Assembly (NCBI GenBank): GCA_965200875.1 | Contig: OZ241456.1 | Span: 512,001-576,000, forward strand | Origin: Bdellovibrionales bacterium | GTDB lineage: Bacteria; Bdellovibrionota; Bdellovibrionia; Bdellovibrionales; UBA1609 | DNA length: 64,000 bases | Reading direction: 5' to 3' | In this document: positions 1 to 8,685 of the stretch, piece after piece | Position numbering within the stretch: position 1 is the first letter of the stretch | Layout of the letters: each line of letters opens with the position of its first letter | The notes under the pieces: generated by a model | Told to the model about the DNA's origin: nothing | The model's input: only the letters and a program-made list of their open reading frames with translations | Databases searched by the model: none | Program-made: the position numbers and the translations under genes

Positions 1-208
1 CTATTGCATTTTCACAAAATATTCCACAGATTGCAAAATGTGGCAGGACAGTATATATTGCCAACAAAGAGAAATGGGACTATAGAATAAATAACTGATG
101 AAGAATGGTTTGCGGAAAACACGAAAAAACCCGGTTTTTTGGGTTTGTAAGCAAGATTGGAATATTTAAGTGCTTTTTGATGTTTTGAAAACGAAAGTGT
201 GATATAAT

Positions 209-529
209 GTGGCTATTATGAAAGAAAACAAGAATAATGGTTTTTTGCCAGGTTGGCCACCTTTTGAAGACTTTAAGCGTGATATCGCTAATCTTGTGGA
301 TGATAAAATTGATCCTTTGAGAAGGGATTTATCTACAGTAAAGGAAAATCTGGTCAGTCATATTCAAAAAACAGATAGTCATATTAAAAACACAGAGAAA
401 AATTTTGCAGATATAAAACTTACTCTGTCCAATCATATCACTGACACAAATAAAAAGATTGAGATGTTAAATAAGCGTTTTGATGATCTTTATGAAATCA
501 TTGTGAAGGACATAAAAAATAGGTCATAG
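209..529 (+). CDS. Small coiled-coil hypothetical protein (start may be ATG 218)
   Basis: 106-aa ORF with a heptad-like K/D/L pattern; extended -10 TGATATAAT at 200-208 upstream. Confidence 0.6.
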   Translation: MAIMKENKNNGFLPGWPPFEDFKRDIANLVDDKIDPLRRDLSTVKENLVSHIQKTDSHIKNTEKNFADIKLTLSNHITDTNKKIEMLNKRFDDLYEIIVKDIKNRS

Positions 530-598
530 GTTTTTAATATATCTCTATCATCTTTTGAAGTCAGTCTATGATTTTGTAAATTCTGACCAATTTATTGA

Positions 599-619
599 GG
601 CCCGGATTTTACGGGTTTT
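599..619 (+). terminator. Possible intrinsic terminator
   Basis: CCCG-gatttta-CGGG hairpin followed by TTTT downstream of the 209..529 ORF; the stem is short. Confidence 0.3.
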
Positions 620-701
620 CAATTTAATAAACAGTATTCTTTTTAATGTCTTAAAAACTAGCTTTTTATACAGTTTTATCTAGCGATAGGTGTATATTGC
701 G

Positions 702-728
702 CCCCCTTTCTTTATGATTCCCTTTCCT
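702..728. repeat. Dispersed intergenic repeat, copy 1
   Basis: CCCCCTTTCTTTATGATTCCCTTTCCT recurs at 46498-46525 with a 1-nt indel. Confidence 0.75.
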
Positions 729-840
729 TATTCATGTAAAATATTCAAGGCCCATCCGAAAAAATCCAGGGAAACGCCCGTAAACTTTATTTATCCGGCT
801 CATTGTGATATTTATGCAGTGGAGTGGCCCCTATTTTTGG

Positions 841-1728
841 CTACCTCATTTGTGTTGATTTAATATACTCCACAGGTGACTTCATGCCAAGTGCTGAATG
901 GGGAGCTTTATGGTTATAATCATATATCCATTCTTTTAATAATTTCATAGTGTCTTCAGCACAGGAGCAGTCATTCACATACACATAATCTCGTTTTATT
1001 GTCTTTACAAAAGCCTCTGCCATACCATTACTCTCTGGACTGTAAGCCCTCGTAAAACAAGGCTTTAAACCCAGCTGGCGGGCCAATACCTGCACATTAT
1101 ACGCTCTGTAAATACTCCCTCGATCCGATAAAAATTCAATCTCTCTATTTGTTCGACAAGCATCAAATCGCCCTTCTACAGCACTAATCATCAAACCCTG
1201 TATGTCTTCTTCTGATAAAAGAGGCTTTAACGACGCCGTAAAGCTTAAAATCTCCCTGTCACATGTGTCTAACACAAAAGAAACATACACCTTCTCTCCA
1301 TTAAAACAATGAATTTCAAAACAATCAGAACACCACCTCGTATTGGAATACAATGTCATCACTTTTCCTGTACTCTTATGCCCTTCCCTTCTGCTGACAG
1401 CTTTGGGTAACAAAAGGCCATTTTCTTTCATTACACGATAAATACGCTTCTTATTATACTTGCTTAAACCCTTTAAAACCCTCTCCTTGTTGTAAAGAGC
1501 CGTTACACGCTTGTAACCATAAGTGGGACGATCCTTTATCACAGCTCTTATCCCTGATAAAATTTGCTTATCTTTATCCTTTATCTTCATCTTAACACTT
1601 CTCCTCTCACTCACTTTGTAAAGAGACTTTGGATGAATCCCTATTAACTCACAAAATCTTTTTTTACAGCAGATCGCTGAGCAGTGGATGATAAACTCTT
1701 TTGCAAATTCAGTTTTTCTTCCCTCCAC
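841..1728 (-). CDS. IS3-family transposase OrfB (DDE/rve)
   Basis: Motifs YGYKRV, WCSD, SDRGS, PESNGMAEAFVKTIKRDY, YNHKAPHSALG. Confidence 0.95.
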   Translation of the reverse strand: MEGRKTEFAKEFIIHCSAICCKKRFCELIGIHPKSLYKVSERRSVKMKIKDKDKQILSGIRAVIKDRPTYGYKRVTALYNKERVLKGLSKYNKKRIYRVMKENGLLLPKAVSRREGHKSTGKVMTLYSNTRWCSDCFEIHCFNGEKVYVSFVLDTCDREILSFTASLKPLLSEEDIQGLMISAVEGRFDACRTNREIEFLSDRGSIYRAYNVQVLARQLGLKPCFTRAYSPESNGMAEAFVKTIKRDYVYVNDCSCAEDTMKLLKEWIYDYNHKAPHSALGMKSPVEYIKSTQMR

Positions 1729-2030
1729 TTTTTTTTCATAAACTCATTCCATTGCTTAAGAGTGGTGATATCCAATGCTTGATCAGCTACAGTATGCTTT
1801 AAACGAGAGTTCTCCACCTTTAAACGATTTATCTCTAAAAGCAATTCCTCTTGGTCTAATCCTGTTGCTTTCTTTTCTCTGCGCATTTTCTCTCTCCTCC
1901 ATTGATAAATAGTTGCGGCTTGAATCTGATACTTCCGTGATAATTCGGAAATACTGAGACCACCTTGAAAATGCTCTGAAAGTATCAAAAATCTTTGATT
2001 TTTTGAAACCTTTTTGGAAAATCTATCCAT
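1644..2030 (-). CDS. IS3-family transposase OrfA (HTH)
   Basis: HTH SISELSRKYQIQAATIYQWR plus a leucine zipper; overlaps orfB in the -1 frame. Confidence 0.9.
   Translation of the reverse strand: MDRFSKKVSKNQRFLILSEHFQGGLSISELSRKYQIQAATIYQWRREKMRREKKATGLDQEELLLEINRLKVENSRLKHTVADQALDITTLKQWNEFMKKKWREEKLNLQKSLSSTAQRSAVKKDFVS
1728..1736 (-). promoter_or_regulatory. -1 programmed frameshift site (A8G containing A_AAA_AAG)
   Basis: ATG AAA AAA AAG TGG in orfA; orfB is in the -1 frame from 1728. Confidence 0.85.
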
Positions 2031-2066
2031 TTTACCTCCTTTTAGAAGGTAGCCAAATTTTGGGGG

Positions 2067-2315
2067 TCAAGAACAATATTTATTAACAGTTAACCATGAA
2101 ATACATTGCTTTTCTCTAAAAATTCTAGGTGGAGTATTTGTATATTGATTAAATGGGGAAAATTGACTATATTTTCCACCAAATAAACAGTATTGATTAA
2201 AAATAGATGTATTTGAATATTTACTTCCGTATGTTCCGTATGTATTTAATATCGAGTTTTGATCAAATCTGTGGAGAGAGTCTTTAGGTTGTTCTTTTGA
2301 ATTATTTTTATTCAT
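2067..2315 (-). pseudogene. Fragment of a 'YGSKYS' motif hypothetical gene, truncated by the IS
   Basis: SILNTYGTYGSKYSNTSIFNQY...SPFN...PPRI motif; its stop codon lies inside the IS end. Confidence 0.55.
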
Positions 2316-2512
2316 TTTAGGTTCTCCTTGGATTTGAAAAATGGAAAGCTGATTTGGAATGACCTTGTTCATAAATCAATAGGTTTTTGTTGTCAAGAAC
2401 ATGTAGTATCATTATTCCTGCAAATCTCGTCATTCCCGCGTATTGCTGAAATCCAGAACTTAAAAAGTCTTCCGTACAACACCTTTTGTATTTCAAATAC
2501 TGATCTTTTTTA

Positions 2513-3325
2513 TCATGCCACAAGCTCCTGTTTTGTTTTCTCTTTTTTGCTCCATAAAACAGGATGAATACCATATTGCTTAAGAGCTGACGACACTTTT
2601 CCAACAGCAGGTTGAGTATTTAAGGCATTATTGGATTCATTGTCAGGCTCAGATACATTTTTTTTGCTGTCATTAATAAAAGCATATAATTTAGATTTTT
2701 GAGGTCGGGTTTCTTTTATATCCAGCCAATCCATAATAATAGCGTCTGCGCTGTGTTTAGCTGGATGGTTAATGGTTTTTATCAGACGCTCTGGCTGGTT
2801 AGAAGATTTTGGAATAAGAAAATTAAAGTTTCTGTTATAGTGAGATAAACCTGTAAATGATATTCTTTCTGAATAACGAATATAGGATTTTTCAAGCCAG
2901 TCACGTACCTCTTCAAAAAACAAACTGGTTACATAGGATGAAGACATATAAAACATGTCATTAACGGCTAACATAGCTTGAACCAAAGAATGCTTGCAAA
3001 TAGGAAAATCCTCTTCTCCACTTGCTGTTATTTGAAGCCTGCCGTTTTCCTCTTGAACTCCGTACCCTCTGACAGTCATCTGCAATAATTCTTGCCGTTT
3101 TAGACTGTCCAGTTTAAGCCCCTCCATTTTTAAGCCGGTAATAGTCTCCCCATCATCTGTCAACAGATAGCCTGTATTTGTTTTCTTAAGATACATTTGT
3201 ATATAATCATTGTTGCGATCTAAATAAGGAGCTGTGATCTCCACCCATGTATTTATATTCTTAAAAGTGGTCTTTTTTTTAAGCCAAGAATAATATTTCT
3301 CCATAAGTGGATCAATGTTGTTCAT
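2513..3325 (-). CDS. DUF1828/DUF1829-like protein
   Basis: WVEITAPYLDRNNDYIQMY, LTDDGETI and NFLIPKS...PERLIKTIN patterns; ATG 3325 has an AAAGGGGG RBS. Confidence 0.8.
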   Translation of the reverse strand: MNNIDPLMEKYYSWLKKKTTFKNINTWVEITAPYLDRNNDYIQMYLKKTNTGYLLTDDGETITGLKMEGLKLDSLKRQELLQMTVRGYGVQEENGRLQITASGEEDFPICKHSLVQAMLAVNDMFYMSSSYVTSLFFEEVRDWLEKSYIRYSERISFTGLSHYNRNFNFLIPKSSNQPERLIKTINHPAKHSADAIIMDWLDIKETRPQKSKLYAFINDSKKNVSEPDNESNNALNTQPAVGKVSSALKQYGIHPVLWSKKEKTKQELVA

Positions 3326-3761
3326 TAAATAACCCCCTTTGAATCTCTGGTATATTAACAACATGAATGTATTTTAGAAAATCTTCTATAGTTTTATATA
3401 TATCATCCAAATCAGAAAAATCTGTTTTTGGGATTTCATAAGCCCATTGCATATTATAGCCTTCACGATACAGGTGCAGATGTTTTGGCCCCACTTCTTT
3501 GCCATCAGGATTTCTGTGTGGATGCCCTATATCCAAACGAACCAGACCTATTGTTTGTTTTCTTAAGTAATGGTTGCGCTTCGATAGATTTATACTTCCT
3601 CTCCAATAATTTAAAATAAAATCTACATTTTTATTTTGCGATTGTAATAACACCTCAATAGCTCCACCCATAACAGGCCATTTAATTGCATCATTGAGGA
3701 GCCTTTTTTTCATTTTTATAAAAGCCTTAGCTTCAGCTTGTGTAAGAGAATTTTCAGACAT
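3312..3761 (-). CDS. DUF6978-like protein
   Basis: LTQAEA N-terminus; RLDIGHPHRNPDG...HLHLYREGY...WA motif; overlaps both neighbours. Confidence 0.75.
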   Translation of the reverse strand: MSENSLTQAEAKAFIKMKKRLLNDAIKWPVMGGAIEVLLQSQNKNVDFILNYWRGSINLSKRNHYLRKQTIGLVRLDIGHPHRNPDGKEVGPKHLHLYREGYNMQWAYEIPKTDFSDLDDIYKTIEDFLKYIHVVNIPEIQRGLFNEQH

Positions 3762-4626
3762 TTTCTCCTCCTTTTCTTATCGTTTCGGCTTTATTATAAC
3801 AAATGTTAACTTTATTTATATATCGCAACAGGAGGCCGGTTTGATAGATAAGAAATTCATTTTCCACCTCGTTTACATTGTCGCCGTGTTTACTGTGTTC
3901 ATTAAAATATTTATCCAAGCCATTAAAAATTTGAAAAATAATATTTCTTATTTGAGATGGACTGTTATTTTTTAATGTTTGTTGTAAAGATTTTATGTTT
4001 TCTGGAAAACTTTTTTTGTTTCTTAGCTTGTGCCGTAAAAATTCCTCAACAGACTGGCGAAGTCGCTCCGCAGAATCTTTATGTTTTTTGCTTTGGTAAA
4101 ACTTAAGCGCATTTTCAAAATGCTTGTTGCTTTTTTGATCTAAGAACAATAAGGGTTTATTTACCAATTCATCATCTAGTTTTCGCTCCCCTTCAGGATA
4201 TAAAATGATACGGCCTTTGGATTCCCCAACAGCCACATTCAAATCAGACATTTCCACTGCTTGTTTTACTTGTTCTATAATAGATAATCTTTGATTAGAA
4301 TTATTAAATTGCAGTAAAAAAATTACTTCAATTAACCTATAAAATTCTTGTATGTTCTTTTCACATTTTAGGCGATCAATTATAGTGACACTATAATATC
4401 CATCACCAAGAATGCTACCTTGTTCAAACTGTGGCGCAATACCATAATATTGACAAAAGTATTCGCTACTTCCTTCTGTAACCTCTTGATCAATATCTTT
4501 TAAAATATTCAATATTCGTTGTTTGAATTTCTGAAAAGCCTCTACAGGAGAATCAGGCTGTAAAGGGATATTAAATCTTCTGTTAAAGTCTTTTCTATGT
4601 TCTTTCGGGTTCATATTACACCTCAC
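3754..4626 (-). CDS. Putative AbiJ/Abi_C-like HEPN-fold protein
   Basis: Helical C-terminus FENAL...LRQSVEEFLR...YFNEHSKHGD...EFLIYQTGLLLRYI. Confidence 0.55.
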   Translation of the reverse strand: MRCNMNPKEHRKDFNRRFNIPLQPDSPVEAFQKFKQRILNILKDIDQEVTEGSSEYFCQYYGIAPQFEQGSILGDGYYSVTIIDRLKCEKNIQEFYRLIEVIFLLQFNNSNQRLSIIEQVKQAVEMSDLNVAVGESKGRIILYPEGERKLDDELVNKPLLFLDQKSNKHFENALKFYQSKKHKDSAERLRQSVEEFLRHKLRNKKSFPENIKSLQQTLKNNSPSQIRNIIFQIFNGLDKYFNEHSKHGDNVNEVENEFLIYQTGLLLRYINKVNICYNKAETIRKGGENV

Positions 4627-4689
4627 TCATTACCTATTTCTCCATCATATATTTTTCTTACTTTTTTAACAATCATTATGTTTTTCTTT

Positions 4690-5727
4690 CTAAGATTCAA
4701 TAATTTTTTCATATATTTTGGTTACTGAAATTTTTTTAATTTTCGTGCCGGTATTTTTGTCCAGAATAAACACCTTTCCACACCTCCATTTTGGTCGTGT
4801 ATATTGATAAGCAATATCATCTGGTGGTCTTCCTTTATATGGTGTAGAGTCAAAGAAAAGCCTTATAAAAAAACTAATGTAAAAACAATAAAAATCTAAT
4901 CTTTCTACTATATCTTGTTCATTATCTGTAGTAAAACAATGAAAAAATTTATTGTTGTTGCCAAAAAATGCCAAATGGATCAATTCACAATCCACTAAAT
5001 CACCGCCGGGCTTTAAATTTTCACAAATTTTATTATCTTTTAACCAAGTGCCCCTCCAATGAGGATTGTTTTTTAATAATTGTTTTTGTTCCGGATCTCT
5101 TTTTGTTTCCTGAGAAACTCTACACACCAATCTTAAACTTCCCATAATTAAATTATGATGAAGAATACCCATAGTAAGATCAACACATCCTGTTATAAAT
5201 TTTTTCTTATCTTCTGCTGAAAGCTTAGAGATATTTATTTGAGACACTCTGTCCAATAATAAGTTATCAATTACACTACAATAAATATGTTTATTTTTCG
5301 ATCTTGGATCTGGTGCTTTATCAAGAGCTGAAATATATTTATCTATAAGACCTTTTCCCCATTGATTGAGATACGAAGTTTCTCTCTCCTTCTTTTCCTG
5401 CAACTTGCTTCTTAAAAATTCTTTTGATATTTTTTGTTTAATTGTCTTTCTTAAATGAGGTATAAAATCTTCTATTTCCTGAAAAGAGCAAAAAGGATAT
5501 TCATTTAACTTGTTGCCATTGTGTTCTCTATCAAAAAGTTCAGATTTTTTCAGTCCAGCAAACTCCAATAATCCAAAGGGAGTAAGCCTTTGCATCTTTT
5601 TGCCTGTAAGTTGCTTAACATTACGCTGAAAAGAATCGTACTGATTTTTTGATATTTTTTCCATCACATTTTGATCAAAAAACATATAAGGCTTTGTTTG
5701 TTCTTCCATTTTTATTTTTGCTCCCAT
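4690..5727 (-). CDS. Hypothetical protein, PIN-like acidic motifs
   Basis: FFDQN, TPFGLLE, DLVDCELIHLA and FTTD occur in PIN order. Confidence 0.5.
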   Translation of the reverse strand: MGAKIKMEEQTKPYMFFDQNVMEKISKNQYDSFQRNVKQLTGKKMQRLTPFGLLEFAGLKKSELFDREHNGNKLNEYPFCSFQEIEDFIPHLRKTIKQKISKEFLRSKLQEKKERETSYLNQWGKGLIDKYISALDKAPDPRSKNKHIYCSVIDNLLLDRVSQINISKLSAEDKKKFITGCVDLTMGILHHNLIMGSLRLVCRVSQETKRDPEQKQLLKNNPHWRGTWLKDNKICENLKPGGDLVDCELIHLAFFGNNNKFFHCFTTDNEQDIVERLDFYCFYISFFIRLFFDSTPYKGRPPDDIAYQYTRPKWRCGKVFILDKNTGTKIKKISVTKIYEKIIES

Positions 5728-5822
5728 ACCGCTGTAATTGTTTGTTGAATTTTATCCTCATTCAGTTTTATTATTTATCTTGCGCCTTCAATAATTTTTT
5801 GATAACTTTCAACATATAACTC

Positions 5823-7016
5823 CTATCTCAATAAAAATTCAGGCTGTAGTTGTTCTTCTGGAACTTGTTTTTCAAGGGGCAGGTATACAGCACTTTGTAT
5901 GTCCATTTTTTTTAAATATTTACACATTAAAGGTCCAAGCTCTTTCCAATCCAAGCCACCTAAACCACAGCCCAAAGCCGGAAGAGCCAAAGACTCAATC
6001 CCTTGGCTTTTGTAATTATCCACCAACCACTTAAGGCCCTTTTCAATTCCGGCAACAGGGGATTTTTCTCTCCAATGATTTTTTGTGGGAAACAGCAAAA
6101 ACCAACGATGGCCGTTTTCTGTGACAGTGGAAGAAACGGAAGGCACATCTTCCATAAGAGTGCTGATAAAATTTTCTGACCTTTTATATAAATAAGGCAC
6201 TCCCATTTTTAATTTTCTTTGACGACAAAGATCCTGATAAAGAACATACGCATCAGGAAATTGATATTTAGCCCTTGAGGCCAAGCCCTTGCCCATAACA
6301 CCAACAGTATTAACGCTGATTGTAAAGGTTTGCATTTTCGAGAAAAACATATCTCCTTTTTTTAAAGTAATGTAATCAGAAATATCATTTTTATATTCAG
6401 GAAGAAAAAACATATTAGGATTTAGCATAATATTTAACGGGCCTGTTATGTCTTTTCTGATTTTATTGGCTGTTTCTTGATTGGCTGTATAAATACCGAT
6501 GATTTTTTCTTTTGGGATTTTTTTATAAATTAATACTTCGGCCATAATTTTTCTTTTTCCATCTTCAATACTCACCCAATGTCCTTTTTCCAACAAAGCA
6601 CTGTCCAAAACTTTTAAACCTTTATTGATATCTTTAAAAAATGTTGTGTTTTGAGATGTAGCATTGCCGTCCGTAATGCCTGCATCGGGGCTGTTTATAA
6701 TATCAGGATTGATTTGCAGGATTACAATGTTTTCCGCTTTAAATTCTTGAATTACCCGGTACAGCATGGGGTTGCGAGCCTGAAAATAAACATTAGCATA
6801 ATCCCAAAGGGAGTGATTGTTAAATTTTTTCTTTTCTCTGATTTTAATAACATCTGGGCTATGAATGGATTTTATTTGTTGCACCAAACCTATTTTAGAA
6901 CCAATTTTAGAAAATATCCCACCACTCATACATGATCGCGACAATATCCCATTTTTTAAAATAGATTTTAAGTTATCCTTGTGAGCGATATAATAAAAAT
7001 GCTGTGGTGGTTTCAT
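5823..7016 (-). CDS. darT: DarT ADP-ribosyltransferase fused to a DarG-type macrodomain
   Basis: N-terminal YYIAHKDNLKSILKNGILSR, YANVYFQARNPMLY, TDGNA, MAEVLI; C-terminal GDMF, VNTVGVMGKGLA, FPTKNHWR, PALGCGLGGLDW. Confidence 0.9.
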   Translation of the reverse strand: MKPPQHFYYIAHKDNLKSILKNGILSRSCMSGGIFSKIGSKIGLVQQIKSIHSPDVIKIREKKKFNNHSLWDYANVYFQARNPMLYRVIQEFKAENIVILQINPDIINSPDAGITDGNATSQNTTFFKDINKGLKVLDSALLEKGHWVSIEDGKRKIMAEVLIYKKIPKEKIIGIYTANQETANKIRKDITGPLNIMLNPNMFFLPEYKNDISDYITLKKGDMFFSKMQTFTISVNTVGVMGKGLASRAKYQFPDAYVLYQDLCRQRKLKMGVPYLYKRSENFISTLMEDVPSVSSTVTENGHRWFLLFPTKNHWREKSPVAGIEKGLKWLVDNYKSQGIESLALPALGCGLGGLDWKELGPLMCKYLKKMDIQSAVYLPLEKQVPEEQLQPEFLLR

Positions 7017-7307
7017 AAAATCTATTACTCCATAAAAGGTTTTTTTTGAGCTTCTTTTTTAAATGGCATTTTGAATATTTGACACACAATGGACAAATAG
7101 TCCATTGTTTATAAAAGTGATTTTTTCGATTTTTTTTACTTCCTATCTAAAAAGACTTGTCTGCCATTAAAAAGCTCCGAAAAATAACCTCAATCCTGCT
7201 TGGGCGATCATGACAAATTAAAACGAAAGATCCTTTTAAGACTGAACCAGATCAATAAAGCCCGTTCCCGATGGTGGGACAGGGCTTTTAGTATTAAGAC
7301 AGTTCAA

Positions 7308-7336
7308 ATAAAATACATAATTTTTATGTATTTTAT
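7308..7336. promoter_or_regulatory. Perfect 13-bp inverted repeat, operator-like
   Basis: ATAAAATACATAA-ttt-TTATGTATTTTAT between divergent genes. Confidence 0.45.
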
Positions 7337-7513
7337 ACTTATTTTTTCTTGATTATTCCTCAATTATGATAGATATTACTTGCGGGCTTTGTGGAGAAAT
7401 GGAGAACTCTACTAGTATGATTTTCAGGTTTTCGATTTTAACTGACCAAGCTGTTTTTTTGAAAAAGTTATATAAAAATCATATTTGCAAAAATAATAAG
7501 AGAAAAAGGCAAA

Positions 7514-8569
7514 ATGCTAAAAAATATCAGAATTAAAAATTATAAGCTTTTTAAGGATTTTACACTTAAAGATATTCCTCGGATCTTACTGATCGGAGGT
7601 AAAAACAACTGTGGGAAAACCAGTGCTTTAGAGTCAGTATTTTTGCCTTTAGACTGTGCGAACCCAGCTATGTTTATGAATCACTTAAGTGGGAGAGGGT
7701 TAAATACTTTTTCAAATAATTCGGAATCATTGTTTGCACCAGTATACCATAATTTTAACATCAATCAGCCTATAGTGTTTGAGTACACTATCAATAACTC
7801 ACAAAAAAAATTGGAATATAAATTTTTACGCTCCATGCCCGCTTCTTTTGTTGTTCACAAATCTAGAGATTTGTATGGAGTACTGGGTGGAGTAAAAATT
7901 TCTTGCTGGTCAGGAGGAAAAAACACTCACCAAGCTTTTTTAAAACATACAGACATAGGGTTAGAGCTGGTAGAAAACTAGCAACAACAATTAATAAAAC
8001 ATAATGAAGGCACTAAAAGTGTTTTTATACACTCAAACCTTCCCAGCACACAAGACATTTATACGTGTATATATAGTAAATTGGACAGAATAGACAATAC
8101 TGCTAATATTGTAGAAGCATTGCGAATTTTAGAACCCGATCTTAAATCTTTAAGTGTAATCCAATTAAGAAACAAACCAATTCTACATGGGGATATAGGT
8201 ATTGGAAAAAAAATACCGTTGACATTAATAGGCCAAGGGATAGATCATTTCATTTCAATTTTATTAGGTATTGCTGGAGCGAAAAACGATGTTGCATTAA
8301 TTGATGAGATGGAAAAAGGTTTTCACCATTCCGTTCTACCTCGTATATGGAAAATAATAGCAAATTATGCTCAAATCAACAATACGCAGATAATAGCCAC
8401 CACACACAGCAGAGAATTGATGAATGGGGCGGTAAAGGGTATTCCCTCCGAATTAAAAGACGAATTTCAATATATGAGGATAGAAAGAGATGAATATAAT
8501 TTTAAAACAAAAGCATACAACTTTGAATTGTTAAGCACAGCTTTGGAGACAGACTTGGCTATTCGTTAA
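7514..8569 (+). pseudogene. AAA_15/AAA_21 ABC-type ATPase interrupted by one in-frame TAG (7979-7981)
   Basis: Walker A GKNNCGKT in the first part; LIDEMEKGFH and IIATTHS in the second; same frame and no other stop between them. Confidence 0.85.
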
Positions 8570-8685
8570 ACACTTATATATTTATTATGGATAAGAAAGA
8601 ACTTATTTTAAGGGTGATTCAGTCCATAAATTTTTAAAGTGCTTGGTGAATGTAACAATTTGTGTGTTCTTAATTTTTGTTTGGT

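Larger units (their letters stand above)
820..2075 (-). mobile_element. IS3-family (IS2-like) insertion sequence
   Basis: orfA/orfB pair; imperfect terminal inverted repeats TGGAGTGGCCCCTATTTTTGGCTACCT (820-846) and the reverse complement TGTTCTTGACCCCCAAAATTTGGCTACCT (2075-2047); exact ends are uncertain by a few nt. Confidence 0.9.

Noticed and set aside
1..98. 3' end of a gene entering the window
   Set aside because: Too short to identify
7979..7981. Genome-wide stop-codon reassignment
   Set aside because: TAG and TGA terminate other intact genes in the window (e.g. TAG for the DarT fusion; TGA for tilS, hppA, pyrE)
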